Assembly (NCBI GenBank): GCA_964585735.1
Contig: CAZPFB010000012.1
Location: 1,937 to 65,936 of the forward strand
Origin: an uncultured Leptospiraceae bacterium
Lineage (GTDB): Bacteria; Spirochaetota; Leptospiria; Leptospirales; Leptonemataceae
Length of the DNA: 64,000 nucleotides
Reading direction: 5' to 3'
The position numbers and the translations under genes are program-made. Positions 27,947 to 37,213 of this stretch are shown here, piece after piece. The notes under the pieces were generated by a model, which made no database searches, was not told the origin of the DNA, and worked only from the letters and a program-made list of their open reading frames with translations. Position 1 is the first letter of the stretch; each line of letters starts with the position of its first letter.

Positions 27947-29242
27947 ATGCTATTGCCGGATGAGGCTGAATCATGCTTGGCAGCGGACGGTATGAGCGCA
28001 TCCCGCGAACCACAAAGGCGAATCATTGCACTCGTTGACCCGATTGCCGGGGGGCACCACGAGCAGTACCTTTCTCTCCTTGAAAAGGCGTTCACGCGCT
28101 TGGGTTATGAAGTGTGGGTGTTTCAGCCGGCCGGGGCGCTCCCGGGTCCGAACCGGTTCGCCATGTCCTTCCCAACTGGCAAGGTCTCGTCGTGGTTGGG
28201 GAGGTTGTTTCCCCTGGCCCACTGGTTTGCCCTGCGCAGTCGGATGCGAAGCGTCGTTCGACAGAAGCGACGTCACGTTGACTTGGTCTTTCTTGCGTGG
28301 CTCGATAGCTACCTTTTCCGGTTCCCAGCGCGCCTTGTTCTGGAACGCGTGTTCCCCAATTCTTGGACAGGCCTCTACTTCCACACACCTTTTCGAGTGA
28401 GGGCTTCGATGCGGGGTTGGCGTCGCATCGCGCATCCATTGTTCGCGTTGAGGGCTCGGAACTGTTCGGCCGTTGGCGTGCTCGACGAAGGCATTGCCGA
28501 CGTTCTGTCAGAGGCTGCCTTCCGCAAGCCGGTAGTCGTCCTTCCTGATGTCGCAGGACCCGCAACGCCTGATTCCGAGGCTGCACTGATGGCGGAGCAG
28601 GTACGCAAGCGAGCTCGAGGTCGCAGCATCGTGGCACTCTTGGGGGGTCTGGCGCGTCGAAAAGGGACAGTCCTCTTTGCGGAGCTTGTCCAAGCCGCAG
28701 ACCCCGACCAATGGTTCTTCGTACTTGCTGGGCGTTTGGAGCCCCAAACCTACTCCAGGCGGGAGCGCCAGTACCTGGGCGCGCTTCTGGAGGAAAACCG
28801 GGAAAATCTGTGGTCCTATATGGCCCGCGTTCCGTCGGACGGTGCCTTTGACGCACTGGTTTCGGTTGCCGACATCCTCTTCGCCGCTTATGAGGACTTT
28901 GGTGGTTCCAGCAATCTGCTCACAAAAGCCGCCCACTTTTCCAAACCTGTCTTAGTGAGTGACGGCTATTGCATGGCTGACAGGGTTCGACGGTTCGGTC
29001 TCGGAAGGGTTCTGGCGAAGCGCACGGTTGGGGAGTGTCTGGCGGCTCTTTCTTCCATCAAGGATGCGTCAGAGTTTGCCCAAGGCTTTCGCCTCTACCG
29101 GGAAGAGCATTCCCTCGCATCCTTGGACGCCCGTTTGAGGGTTCTGCTGGAGGCCTGCGGCCTTCAGCGAGTCGACGATCCCTCAATAACGCTGACTGAA
29201 GAGGATGGTCTGCCGACGGCACACGTCCCCGAGTCGCAATAG
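27947..29242 (+). CDS. putative GT-B-fold glycosyltransferase-like protein
   Basis: The C-terminal half (IVALLGGLARRKG...VLAGRLE...SSNLLTKAAHFSKPVLVSDG) has a GT1-like layout. The N-terminal half is not recognised. The start could be ATG 27992. Confidence 0.45.
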   Translation: MLLPDEAESCLAADGMSASREPQRRIIALVDPIAGGHHEQYLSLLEKAFTRLGYEVWVFQPAGALPGPNRFAMSFPTGKVSSWLGRLFPLAHWFALRSRMRSVVRQKRRHVDLVFLAWLDSYLFRFPARLVLERVFPNSWTGLYFHTPFRVRASMRGWRRIAHPLFALRARNCSAVGVLDEGIADVLSEAAFRKPVVVLPDVAGPATPDSEAALMAEQVRKRARGRSIVALLGGLARRKGTVLFAELVQAADPDQWFFVLAGRLEPQTYSRRERQYLGALLEENRENLWSYMARVPSDGAFDALVSVADILFAAYEDFGGSSNLLTKAAHFSKPVLVSDGYCMADRVRRFGLGRVLAKRTVGECLAALSSIKDASEFAQGFRLYREEHSLASLDARLRVLLEACGLQRVDDPSITLTEEDGLPTAHVPESQ

Positions 29243-29279
29243 TCTGACCCCTTGGTTCCAAGAACTGGCTGGTTCGCGC

Positions 29280-30194
29280 ATGAATACCGCTCCCGTCGCA
29301 ATCATCATCTTCAATCGACCTGACAAGACAACGCGCTTGCTGGATGCTCTCCGCGTTGCCCGCCCGCCGCGGCTCCTCGTAGTAGGTGACGGGCCGCGCG
29401 CTCACGTTGCTGAAGATGCGCCGCGCGTGCTGGCATGCAGAGACCTCATCTCGACCATCGACTGGCCCTGCCGGGTCGAGGCTCACTTTGCCCAAGAGAA
29501 TATGGGATGCCGCGCGCGTGTGGCGAGCGGACTGGACTGGGTCTTTGAGCGCGCGGAGCGTGCAATCATTCTCGAAGATGACTGCATTCCGGATGCGTCC
29601 TTTTTTCCCTTTTGCGGCGAGTTGCTGGACCGGTACGACCGGGATCCCCGCGTCATGTCGATTTCCGGAGGACATTTGCGAGACGGGCGTCTCTTCCGCG
29701 AGAGCTACTCGTTCTCCCGCTACGTGCGCATTTGGGGATGGGCCACCTGGCGTCGCGCCTGGAGACTGTACGACGTCTCTCTCTCGAAATGGCGGGACGA
29801 GCCGGACCGGCCAGGGCTGGCGACATCGCTCTTCTCTGACCCTCGGGTGGGGCGCGCGTGGTCGCGCAACTTTGATCGCATTCTGGCGGGCTTCGATACC
29901 TGGGACTACCAGTGGACCTTCGCGCACCTCGTCCACGGCGGGCTGTCCATCGTGCCGACGGTGAATCTGACGACAAACATCGGCTTTGACAGTAGCGCCA
30001 CGCACACGCGAAGACCAAGTTTGCTGGAAAACGTGCAGACTGCGAGGATGGATTCTCCTTTGATTCACCCGCAGCAGGTTGTCGAGAACCGCACGCTGGA
30101 TGCGCTCCTCGAGCGAACGCAGATCGTGCCCTCGTTCCCCAGACGACTGTTCAACCTTGTCCGGGCGGGTGTGCGTCGCGCATTGCGGCCATAG
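29280..30194 (+). CDS. GT-A-like putative glycosyltransferase with EDD motif, paralog B
   Basis: VAIIIFNRPD, ILEDDCIP, WGWATWRRAW and WDYQWTFAHL, collinear with 25670..26587. Confidence 0.55.
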   Translation: MNTAPVAIIIFNRPDKTTRLLDALRVARPPRLLVVGDGPRAHVAEDAPRVLACRDLISTIDWPCRVEAHFAQENMGCRARVASGLDWVFERAERAIILEDDCIPDASFFPFCGELLDRYDRDPRVMSISGGHLRDGRLFRESYSFSRYVRIWGWATWRRAWRLYDVSLSKWRDEPDRPGLATSLFSDPRVGRAWSRNFDRILAGFDTWDYQWTFAHLVHGGLSIVPTVNLTTNIGFDSSATHTRRPSLLENVQTARMDSPLIHPQQVVENRTLDALLERTQIVPSFPRRLFNLVRAGVRRALRP

Positions 30195-30253
30195 CGGAAC
30201 GACGTTGCGCCCGAGCAATTGCGGCCCGACTATCGGGCACACTGGCCAGCGCC

Positions 30254-31033
30254 GTGCAAAGGAATGGTGGAAGATTGGAGGCAGGGCCCAAGATCAGCAT
30301 CATCACGGCCGTGTTCAATAACGCGGGGGTCGTGGATGAAGCGATCGACTCTGTCCTCGGACAGAGCTACCCGAACCTCGAGTACATCGTGGTGGACGGG
30401 GGATCGACGGATGGTACCGCCGAGAAAATCCAGGCGCACTCAGGAATCCACCAGTTCGTTTCGGAACCCGACCGTGGCCTGTACGACGCCATCAACAAAG
30501 GCATCTCCCTTTCGACGGGTGACTATGTCGGACTCGTGCATTCCGACGATCGACTGGCTGGTCCACGCGTCCTGGCCAGCGTGGCAGCCGCCCTGCAGGA
30601 GCGTGCGACGGACACGCTGTTCGGAGATGTGGTCTTTGTGGACAAAAAGGACCGCGTGGTCCGGATCTACCGGGGGCGCAATTTTCGGACCTCGGATTTT
30701 GCCCGGGGGATGATGCCGCCGCACCCCACGTTCTACGCGAAGCGGGAACTGTTCTCGCGTTTCGGTGGCTACGACCTGCGGTGGCGCATCGCGTCGGATT
30801 TCGAGCTGACGATGCGATTCCTTTTAGTTCATGGGGTTTCCAGCCAGTATCTTCCGCTCGAGATGGTTCGAATGCGCATGGGCGGCGCCAGCACCCGGGG
30901 ACTTCGTAGCAATATCACCATCAATCGGGAGATCCTGGAAGCCTGTCGGTTTCACGGGGTTCCGACAAACTATATGAAGATATACAGCAAATACTTGTCA
31001 AAGATCTGGCAATTTCTCCCGCGCGGTCGATAG
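30254..31033 (+). CDS. family 2 glycosyltransferase (WcaA-like)
   Basis: ISIITAVFNNAGVVDEAIDSVLGQSYPNLEYIVVDGGSTDGT. Confidence 0.85.
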   Translation: MQRNGGRLEAGPKISIITAVFNNAGVVDEAIDSVLGQSYPNLEYIVVDGGSTDGTAEKIQAHSGIHQFVSEPDRGLYDAINKGISLSTGDYVGLVHSDDRLAGPRVLASVAAALQERATDTLFGDVVFVDKKDRVVRIYRGRNFRTSDFARGMMPPHPTFYAKRELFSRFGGYDLRWRIASDFELTMRFLLVHGVSSQYLPLEMVRMRMGGASTRGLRSNITINREILEACRFHGVPTNYMKIYSKYLSKIWQFLPRGR

Positions 31034-31171
31034 TCGCAGACCCTCCACAATCCCATGGTTGATCGCCATGGCCCTCCAGGCGGAGGCCGACCGAATGCTT
31101 CCGCGCCCTGGCTCTTCCGTGGCCAGCCCGCCCCCAAGAATGACCCACCCCTGTCCCGTGCCGGAATATGC

Positions 31172-31657
31172 TCATTCCCTGCCCGGGACGAACGACAACT
31201 CCAGTTCCACCACGTCCCTTCCCGTTTCCTCGTCGCGAAATTCGCGGACGGTCGCATGCATATCCCAGAGAATCTTGGACAGCGCGGGGCTCGTCTGAGG
31301 CCGCATCAGGATAGAACCCTCGTGATCCAAATTGGCTGACAGGTGCAGGACGAGGCCTGTTGGGCCCAGATGTGTGCCCACTTCGATTCCCGTTTCCGGT
31401 ACGGCACTGCGGGCCGTTTGCAGCAGCAGTTCGCGCACGAGAATATAGACTCCCTGGCGATTCCCCTGAACGAAAACCTCAGCGCCTTCACCGCCAAGCT
31501 GAAGCCGAATGCAGCGGGCCTCGAGTTCAGCCTGAATTTCCGGGTCCCCGCAAATGGCGCTCAAAGTGTGCCACAGTGCCGCCGAATGAAGGCGTTCGGG
31601 TTCGTAGCTCGTGGCGAGCACCTTGTGCGTCAATTGGCGAAGCGGCTCTCGGAGCAT
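31172..31657 (-). CDS. hypothetical protein, possibly a degenerate histidine-kinase-like ATPase domain
   Basis: The layout VRELLLQTARSAV...GLVLHLSANLDHEG...ILWDMHATVREFRDEETGRDVVELELSFVP resembles an HATPase_c domain, but the DxGxG and GxGxG motifs are absent. Start chosen at ATG 31657. Confidence 0.3.
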   Translation of the reverse strand: MLREPLRQLTHKVLATSYEPERLHSAALWHTLSAICGDPEIQAELEARCIRLQLGGEGAEVFVQGNRQGVYILVRELLLQTARSAVPETGIEVGTHLGPTGLVLHLSANLDHEGSILMRPQTSPALSKILWDMHATVREFRDEETGRDVVELELSFVPGRE

Positions 31658-31739
31658 TGTCTGGTCGGTTCGCCGGGCGGCCCCTGCCGGTCCAGGCATT
31701 TTTCCCGGTGAGAATACCGGGTGGCCTTCCGCCTTGACG

Positions 31740-33056
31740 GTGCGCCCGCGGCATGCCACACCGGCCTCCTTGGCATCCCCCCACAAGCGCAAGAATCCCC
31801 TCTACATCGCGACGTCCATCGTGCTCATCGTACTTCTGGCCGTCGTAACCGGCAGCCTCGCGATTTTGCTCGCGGCGGTTCTCGTTCTGCTGGTCCTTTT
31901 CTACCCGTTCTTCTTTGCGGTCTGGGAACGGATCTATGGCGTCGAGGACATTGCCGACCAGGTCTTCCACGCTCACACGGACGATGGTTGGAACATCGCC
32001 ATGCATTTTCACCGGCCAGCCTATCCCAAGCCCGGCGCGTACCCGGTCATTTTCTCGCACGGCATTGCGGTCAACAAATACGGCGTGGACCTCGACCGCG
32101 GGCACAGTCTGGCCTACTTCCTCAAGCAGAACGGCTATCCGGTGTTCGTTCTGTCTCTGCGCGGGACCGGCAAGTCTTACCACTCCTCGCGTGGCGGGTA
32201 TCGGGACTTCTGCTTCGACGACATCGTCCTCTACGACGTCCCGGCCGTCATCCGGAAGGTGCGCGAACTGACGGGTGCTCCGCGCGTCAATTGGATCGGT
32301 CACAGCATGGGGGCGATGATCGCCTACGGTGTCCTGGGTCGCAAACTGCCAGGTCACGAGTCCATCGCCTCTCTGGTTTCCATTGGCGGCCCGGGCAAGC
32401 TGGATCACGCGCGCGCCACCATCTGGGGAGCGGTTTCTCGTCATCCCTGGATCTCGCAGATGCTGGACGTCAAGTTTGGTTCTCAGGTGATCTCGCCACT
32501 GTCAGGCCGCGTTTCCTCGCCGATTGAAGATCTCGTGCTGAATCGCGAGATTGTGTCGGGCCTGACGGTTCGCAAGCTCATGAAGAACGCCATCGAAAAC
32601 GTGGCGCCGGGTTTGCTCTCGCAATTCGTCGACTGGATGAACAGCGGGCGCATGTACACGCGGGACGGCACGTTCGACTACCGCAAGGGATACTCAAACA
32701 TTGGCGTTCCGGCGCTGTTCTTGGCTGGCGCCCGCGATCACATCGCGCCGGTGGATGCTGTCCGCTACGCGTTCGATCATTGCGGCTCCAAGCAGAAGGA
32801 GTTTCATGTCATCGGCCGCGAAAACAACGTCCCCTACGACTACTGCCACACAGGGCTCGTGCTCTCGGACCGCGGCATCCTGGACGTATTCCCGCTGGTG
32901 CTCGACTGGCTGAATCAGCATGGGAACGAACGCCGGCGTAGGCGGCTGCTCGGTCGCCTGTTCAATCGAATTCGCACACGCAGCGCGCGCCGGCGCGCGC
33001 GCGGTCGACGCGTTTGGCGGGAGGAGCAGGCGGGTGCCGATGTCATTTCCGCCTGA
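31740..33056 (+). CDS. membrane-anchored alpha/beta-hydrolase
   Basis: Hydrophobic N-terminus (IATSIVLIVLLAVVTGSLAILLAAVLVLLVLF), an FSHGIAVN oxyanion region and a GHSMGA nucleophile elbow. The start is uncertain; GTG 31740 was chosen to avoid overlap with the divergent gene. Confidence 0.7.
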   Translation: MRPRHATPASLASPHKRKNPLYIATSIVLIVLLAVVTGSLAILLAAVLVLLVLFYPFFFAVWERIYGVEDIADQVFHAHTDDGWNIAMHFHRPAYPKPGAYPVIFSHGIAVNKYGVDLDRGHSLAYFLKQNGYPVFVLSLRGTGKSYHSSRGGYRDFCFDDIVLYDVPAVIRKVRELTGAPRVNWIGHSMGAMIAYGVLGRKLPGHESIASLVSIGGPGKLDHARATIWGAVSRHPWISQMLDVKFGSQVISPLSGRVSSPIEDLVLNREIVSGLTVRKLMKNAIENVAPGLLSQFVDWMNSGRMYTRDGTFDYRKGYSNIGVPALFLAGARDHIAPVDAVRYAFDHCGSKQKEFHVIGRENNVPYDYCHTGLVLSDRGILDVFPLVLDWLNQHGNERRRRRLLGRLFNRIRTRSARRRARGRRVWREEQAGADVISA

Positions 33057-33063
33057 GGCGATC

Positions 33064-33903
33064 ATGCCCGTCGCGCGGGGAGGGGGCGTGTGCTTTGCGA
33101 CCCCAAGCGAGAGTTGCCTGCAACGGAGGCGACGGAGCGTCGTGCCGATTCTGGCGGCGCTGATCTTCGGGGCAGCCCTGTTCGCCGGCGGCTGTCAGCA
33201 GCAACGTCGCGGCTCTTCTTTTGGCGCGGACTATTTCTTGGAGGACTTTCGCTGTTCGACGAAGCCACTCGTCCAGGAGACCCATCCCCACTACGACCTG
33301 CTCTACCGCGAATTTCGCAGGCGCTTCGCGGACGATACGGCGGCGCGAAAGAAGGCCGAGGTCGTGCTCGTGGGGGATTCCACGGCCATGTTCTTTTCAC
33401 CGGAACTTCTTCAGACGCACCTGCCGGGCGTGGACATCGTCAACCGGGGAATCGGTGGAGAGACGACGCAGCTGTTGCTCGGGAGGCTCGATGACGTCAG
33501 CGCTCTCGCGCCGCGTGTGATTCTCGTCGTCATCGGGGGAAACGATTTGTTGGGCGGTCGCTGTATTCCGGAGATACTGGAGAACACGCGCCGGATCGTC
33601 TCGGGTCTGCAGAGTTCAGGATCGCGGCCGCGCGTGATTCTGGTGAGCGTACCGCCCGTTCTCACGTGGAAGGCGAATTCGATTTCGCCCTATTTCAACT
33701 GGCACCTCAGGCGGCTGGCAGAAAGTCTGGGAGCCGGATACATGGACCTCTGGACGGAACTCGCCCGACCTGATCTGCCGGAGCTCAAGGCCGAATACGT
33801 GCGCTTCGTTCCCGGGAAAAAGAAGCCGGACTCCGTTCACTTCAACGAGGCGGGCTACGGAGCCTGGGCGCGGCTCATCCGCAGTGCCCTTTCCTCCAAG
33901 TAA
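33064..33903 (+). CDS. SGNH/GDSL-family hydrolase, predicted lipoprotein
   Basis: Signal peptide with lipobox (ILAALIFGAALFAGGC). SGNH blocks are VLVGDST, NRGIGGE, VIGGNDL and DSVHFN. Confidence 0.8.
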   Translation: MPVARGGGVCFATPSESCLQRRRRSVVPILAALIFGAALFAGGCQQQRRGSSFGADYFLEDFRCSTKPLVQETHPHYDLLYREFRRRFADDTAARKKAEVVLVGDSTAMFFSPELLQTHLPGVDIVNRGIGGETTQLLLGRLDDVSALAPRVILVVIGGNDLLGGRCIPEILENTRRIVSGLQSSGSRPRVILVSVPPVLTWKANSISPYFNWHLRRLAESLGAGYMDLWTELARPDLPELKAEYVRFVPGKKKPDSVHFNEAGYGAWARLIRSALSSK

Positions 33904-33942
33904 ACCGGGCCAACCCCGCTCTTCCGCCCACAGGCTTCCCTC

Positions 33943-35043
33943 ATGAAATACTTCCCCCGCAAAGGCCGTCTGCTGGCGCGCCTGTCCAACCTGCTGTGGC
34001 GCCCCCGACGCGAGCCTGATTTCAGTCGCATCGTCGTCTTCGACTTCCATATGATCGGCGACATGGTCATGCTCATTCCGTTTTTGAGAGAGCTGCGCGC
34101 ACGCTTTCCTGGTTCGGCAATCACGCTCGTAGCGCCGCCGTGGGCACATCCCGTGCATGAGGGACAGGACCTTTACGACAGGCACGTCGAGTTCTTGGCC
34201 CCGTGGGTGAAAAGGCGGGCTTTTCGCGTCATGCTGCGCGAAACGCTCGCCCTGATCCGCCTGCTGCGTCGCGCGTCCTTCACGACGGGGATTGAGATTC
34301 GCGGGGATGTCCGACAGATCCTGCTCATGGCCTTGTGCAGGGTACCCGCGATTGTCGGTTACAGCTTCACCGGTGGGCGCAGGCTGCTTGCTCTGGAGGT
34401 TCCCGACGACGGTCAACACCGATCCATTCTGGATCACCACCGGCAGATCCTGGAGGCTATCGCTCGGAAGCGAAATCAGCCGCTGCCGCGGGCTACTTCC
34501 TTTCTGCCCGCCATCGTACTGACGGATGAAGAGAAAGCGCGCGTTCGAGCCCAGCATCGCGCGGACCGTCCCCACTTGGGGATCCAGCCTTTCGCGAGCC
34601 TGCCCCTCAAAGAATGGGGCGGTCCTTGGCCCGCGCTGACACAGGTGCTCAAGGTCTCCTATGAGATCACGGTCTTTGCTTCGGAAGCGGAAGCGTCGCG
34701 TGCGCGCCAGCTGTTCCCAGGTTTGCCCGTTCGTTCGCTCCCCCTGCGGGAATTCATCGTTGAGCTGTCCGCCCTGGACATCTTCCTGGGCATGGACAGC
34801 GGGCCTGCCCACCTCGCGGCTGCAGCCGGCACGCCGACGGTGGTGCTCTTTGGTCCCGTAGTGCCGGAATTCAGTCGGCCGATCTCCCGAACTCCTGTTC
34901 GCGTGGTCTCGCTTGCGGACGTACCCTGTCGTCCCTGCGATCAACGCCGTTGCGTCCATCGGACGCATCAATTCTGCATGAGCTACGGACACATGGACGT
35001 GCTGCGAGCCATCGAGGAGATCTCCCGGCAGGCGAAGCGGTGA
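33943..35043 (+). CDS. family 9 glycosyltransferase (heptosyltransferase-like), copy 2
   Basis: VVFDFHMIGDMVMLIPFLRELR and LGMDSGPAHLAAAAGTPTVVLFGP. Confidence 0.8.
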   Translation: MKYFPRKGRLLARLSNLLWRPRREPDFSRIVVFDFHMIGDMVMLIPFLRELRARFPGSAITLVAPPWAHPVHEGQDLYDRHVEFLAPWVKRRAFRVMLRETLALIRLLRRASFTTGIEIRGDVRQILLMALCRVPAIVGYSFTGGRRLLALEVPDDGQHRSILDHHRQILEAIARKRNQPLPRATSFLPAIVLTDEEKARVRAQHRADRPHLGIQPFASLPLKEWGGPWPALTQVLKVSYEITVFASEAEASRARQLFPGLPVRSLPLREFIVELSALDIFLGMDSGPAHLAAAAGTPTVVLFGPVVPEFSRPISRTPVRVVSLADVPCRPCDQRRCVHRTHQFCMSYGHMDVLRAIEEISRQAKR

Positions 35044-35079
35044 GTGCGGGAAAGTCACCGCCAATCGAGAAGCCCAAGC

Positions 35080-36195
35080 TTACAGCTCGACGCGGATGCC
35101 GATGTTGGCACCGTACGAGCGCTTCGTGGCCGTGGCCTCGACACCGATCTGGAGTGCCCACAGGTTCAGCTCGACTCCGAGCTTTCCATAGGCCAGGCGC
35201 GCGGGGACGCGGCCATTGCCCATGATGTCCATGTGGAGGGCGGCCGTCGGCAGGTCGTACCCCAAGCTCTGTGCCAGATCGCTTTTGGCGTAGACCGGGC
35301 CCGACTGGCTGATGAGAAAGTCGGTGCCACCTTTGGACATGGCCACGCCGGCGCCGGCCGTGAGGCGCAGCACGTACAGAATCTGCAAACCCGTGCGCAC
35401 TTCGACCGGGTACGTGTCGATTTTTGTCTGCCAGTCCACCGAGGCCTTGGGTTCCCAGACCAGGTCCACACCTTCCACCGTCATCTTCATCGTCTGCTCG
35501 TTGAGTTCGAAGAAGATGGCCTGCCGCGTATTGAACGCACCTACCCCCACCGAGACGCCCAAGAAGCGCAAAAGAAACCCACCCAACTCCGTTCCTTCGA
35601 CCAGGTGGTAACGCACTTCAACTCCCTTGAAGTACGCCGAACCGTCCACTTTGCCGCCGGTTGTTCCCTGCGTCTGGTAGGTATCCTTCACGTCCATGAA
35701 GCTTGCATAGACGTCGAACCGACTCGGGGAAATGAAGGAAGGCGACGACTTGCGCGTGAACGGGTCGTAGTCCAGGCCGATGATTTGGCCAAGGTTGGCA
35801 CCGACGAAAACGCGCGGACTCACAGCACCCCCCGCGCTCGGCACGTCCTTCATTTCGGCCAGGCCAGGGATGTTGACGGTGACGTCGTGCGGCTTCACCA
35901 CACCCAGACTGAAGTTGGCTCCCAGCGTGAACCCGGCCAGGTTGACCGAGCCGATCGGCGGACCCGAAAGGCCCGCGACGACGGCGGCCTCCGCCATGTC
36001 GTCAAACAGGGTATTGGTGTATTGCGTCTGGAATTCTTTGAGCATTCGGTCCAGAGTGCTGGCGGAGAGCGGCAGGAAAGCGCAGCCATCCCCCGTGCAG
36101 ACGAAGCGGCTCTGTGCTCCTAAACTGCCCCACGACACGAAGGCCGCGGAGACGAGTGCAGCGAGCATAAATAGACGGGTAGCTTTACGTGACAT
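35080..36195 (-). CDS. predicted outer-membrane beta-barrel protein
   Basis: Signal peptide MSRKATRLFMLAALVSAAFVSWGSLGAQS. The rest is Gly/Ser/Thr-rich with alternating-hydrophobic segments up to the C-terminus (YGANIGIRVEL). Start placed at ATG 36195. Confidence 0.6.
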   Translation of the reverse strand: MSRKATRLFMLAALVSAAFVSWGSLGAQSRFVCTGDGCAFLPLSASTLDRMLKEFQTQYTNTLFDDMAEAAVVAGLSGPPIGSVNLAGFTLGANFSLGVVKPHDVTVNIPGLAEMKDVPSAGGAVSPRVFVGANLGQIIGLDYDPFTRKSSPSFISPSRFDVYASFMDVKDTYQTQGTTGGKVDGSAYFKGVEVRYHLVEGTELGGFLLRFLGVSVGVGAFNTRQAIFFELNEQTMKMTVEGVDLVWEPKASVDWQTKIDTYPVEVRTGLQILYVLRLTAGAGVAMSKGGTDFLISQSGPVYAKSDLAQSLGYDLPTAALHMDIMGNGRVPARLAYGKLGVELNLWALQIGVEATATKRSYGANIGIRVEL

Positions 36196-36347
36196 GCTGG
36201 TACCGGCCACGGGACGATGGCCTTCTTCCCCCAACAACAGTTCATTGGACGGTTTTTTGCGCCCTTTGGCGACCGTTTCCGGACTGCTCCGGCGGTTTTC
36301 TTCCAAAATTTGTTGTTGCCCGTCCCACCCCTGACACCCTGACCTCG

Positions 36348-36662
36348 ATGCGCCTTCGCAGGGTTCTCTTCACCGTCGTTTTCACCCTGTTCCTCCTCAC
36401 CTTCTACGCCCTTTCCCAAGCGCTCTTCGTGCGCTGGTCTCCGGAGTGGGCGCAGGCGCCCGCCGACATCACGACCGGCTACCTCGTTCTTTTGGTGCTG
36501 CTTTTCGGGGGCATCGTGCTCTTGGCCTTCGTGGGCGCTTCGAGCGTCGTCTACGGCAACCTTTCCGGTTCGGAGCCGGGCGCGCCCGAGAGGCCATCCC
36601 GCTTTCGCAGGCAGGTCCTGCGTCCCGAAGCGGAAGGCGATGAGCGGGACTCCCGGTCATGA
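36348..36662 (+). CDS. small membrane protein, function unknown
   Basis: Two hydrophobic helices ([17 protein letters not shown]; [20 protein letters not shown]). The stop overlaps the tsaE start (ATGA). Confidence 0.45.
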   Translation: MRLRRVLFTVVFTLFLLTFYALSQALFVRWSPEWAQAPADITTGYLVLLVLLFGGIVLLAFVGASSVVYGNLSGSEPGAPERPSRFRRQVLRPEAEGDERDSRS

Positions 36663-37213
36663 CCCTCCTGGGCAGGTTGCCCGTGAACGAACCATCCGAC
36701 TCGGAAGAGGCGACCGAACGCCTGGCCGAGCGCCTGGCCCTGGAACTCGTCGGGCTGGCCTCGCGCGCCATGGTACTGCTCGAAGGGGACCTTGGCGCCG
36801 GCAAGACGGCCTTTGCGCGCGGGCTCGGTCGGGGGCTCGGCGTCTCAGACATCGTGAACAGTCCCACCTTCAACCTCGTGAACCACTACTCGGGCCGCCT
36901 CGGTGACCTGTTTCACTACGACCTGTATCGCCTGGCTTCGGAGGCGGATGTGGAGTCGGCCGGTCTCGTGGATCTCTGGTGCGAGCAGCCGAGTCGCCCC
37001 ACGATCCACGCCATCGAGTGGTGGCGACGTGCCGGCAGCCTTCTGCCGGCGTACACGCCCGCCGTGATCGTGCGGCTTTCGGCTCCGATGCCGGACCCGA
37101 TCGGAAAGCCGGCGCGCGGGCACGGCGCGAACTCTTCGACTGCCGACACGCCCGCGGAATCGGAAACGCGCGCCATCATCCTGGAAAATGCCACGCAACT
37201 GTCTCGTCATTGA
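36659..37213 (+). CDS. tsaE: tRNA threonylcarbamoyladenosine (t6A) biosynthesis ATPase TsaE
   Basis: P-loop [18 protein letters not shown] and FHYDLYRL. Confidence 0.85.
   Translation: MTLLGRLPVNEPSDSEEATERLAERLALELVGLASRAMVLLEGDLGAGKTAFARGLGRGLGVSDIVNSPTFNLVNHYSGRLGDLFHYDLYRLASEADVESAGLVDLWCEQPSRPTIHAIEWWRRAGSLLPAYTPAVIVRLSAPMPDPIGKPARGHGANSSTADTPAESETRAIILENATQLSRH

Noticed and set aside
33616-35064. 482-aa minus-strand ORF
   Set aside because: It is antisense to the SGNH hydrolase 3' end and the whole GT9 gene, both of which have clear family motifs. It has shadow-ORF composition.
35044-36123. 359-aa plus-strand ORF
   Set aside because: It is antisense to the OMP gene, which has a signal peptide and coherent beta-barrel-like sequence. 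The plus-frame product is Arg/His/Asp-rich with no motif.
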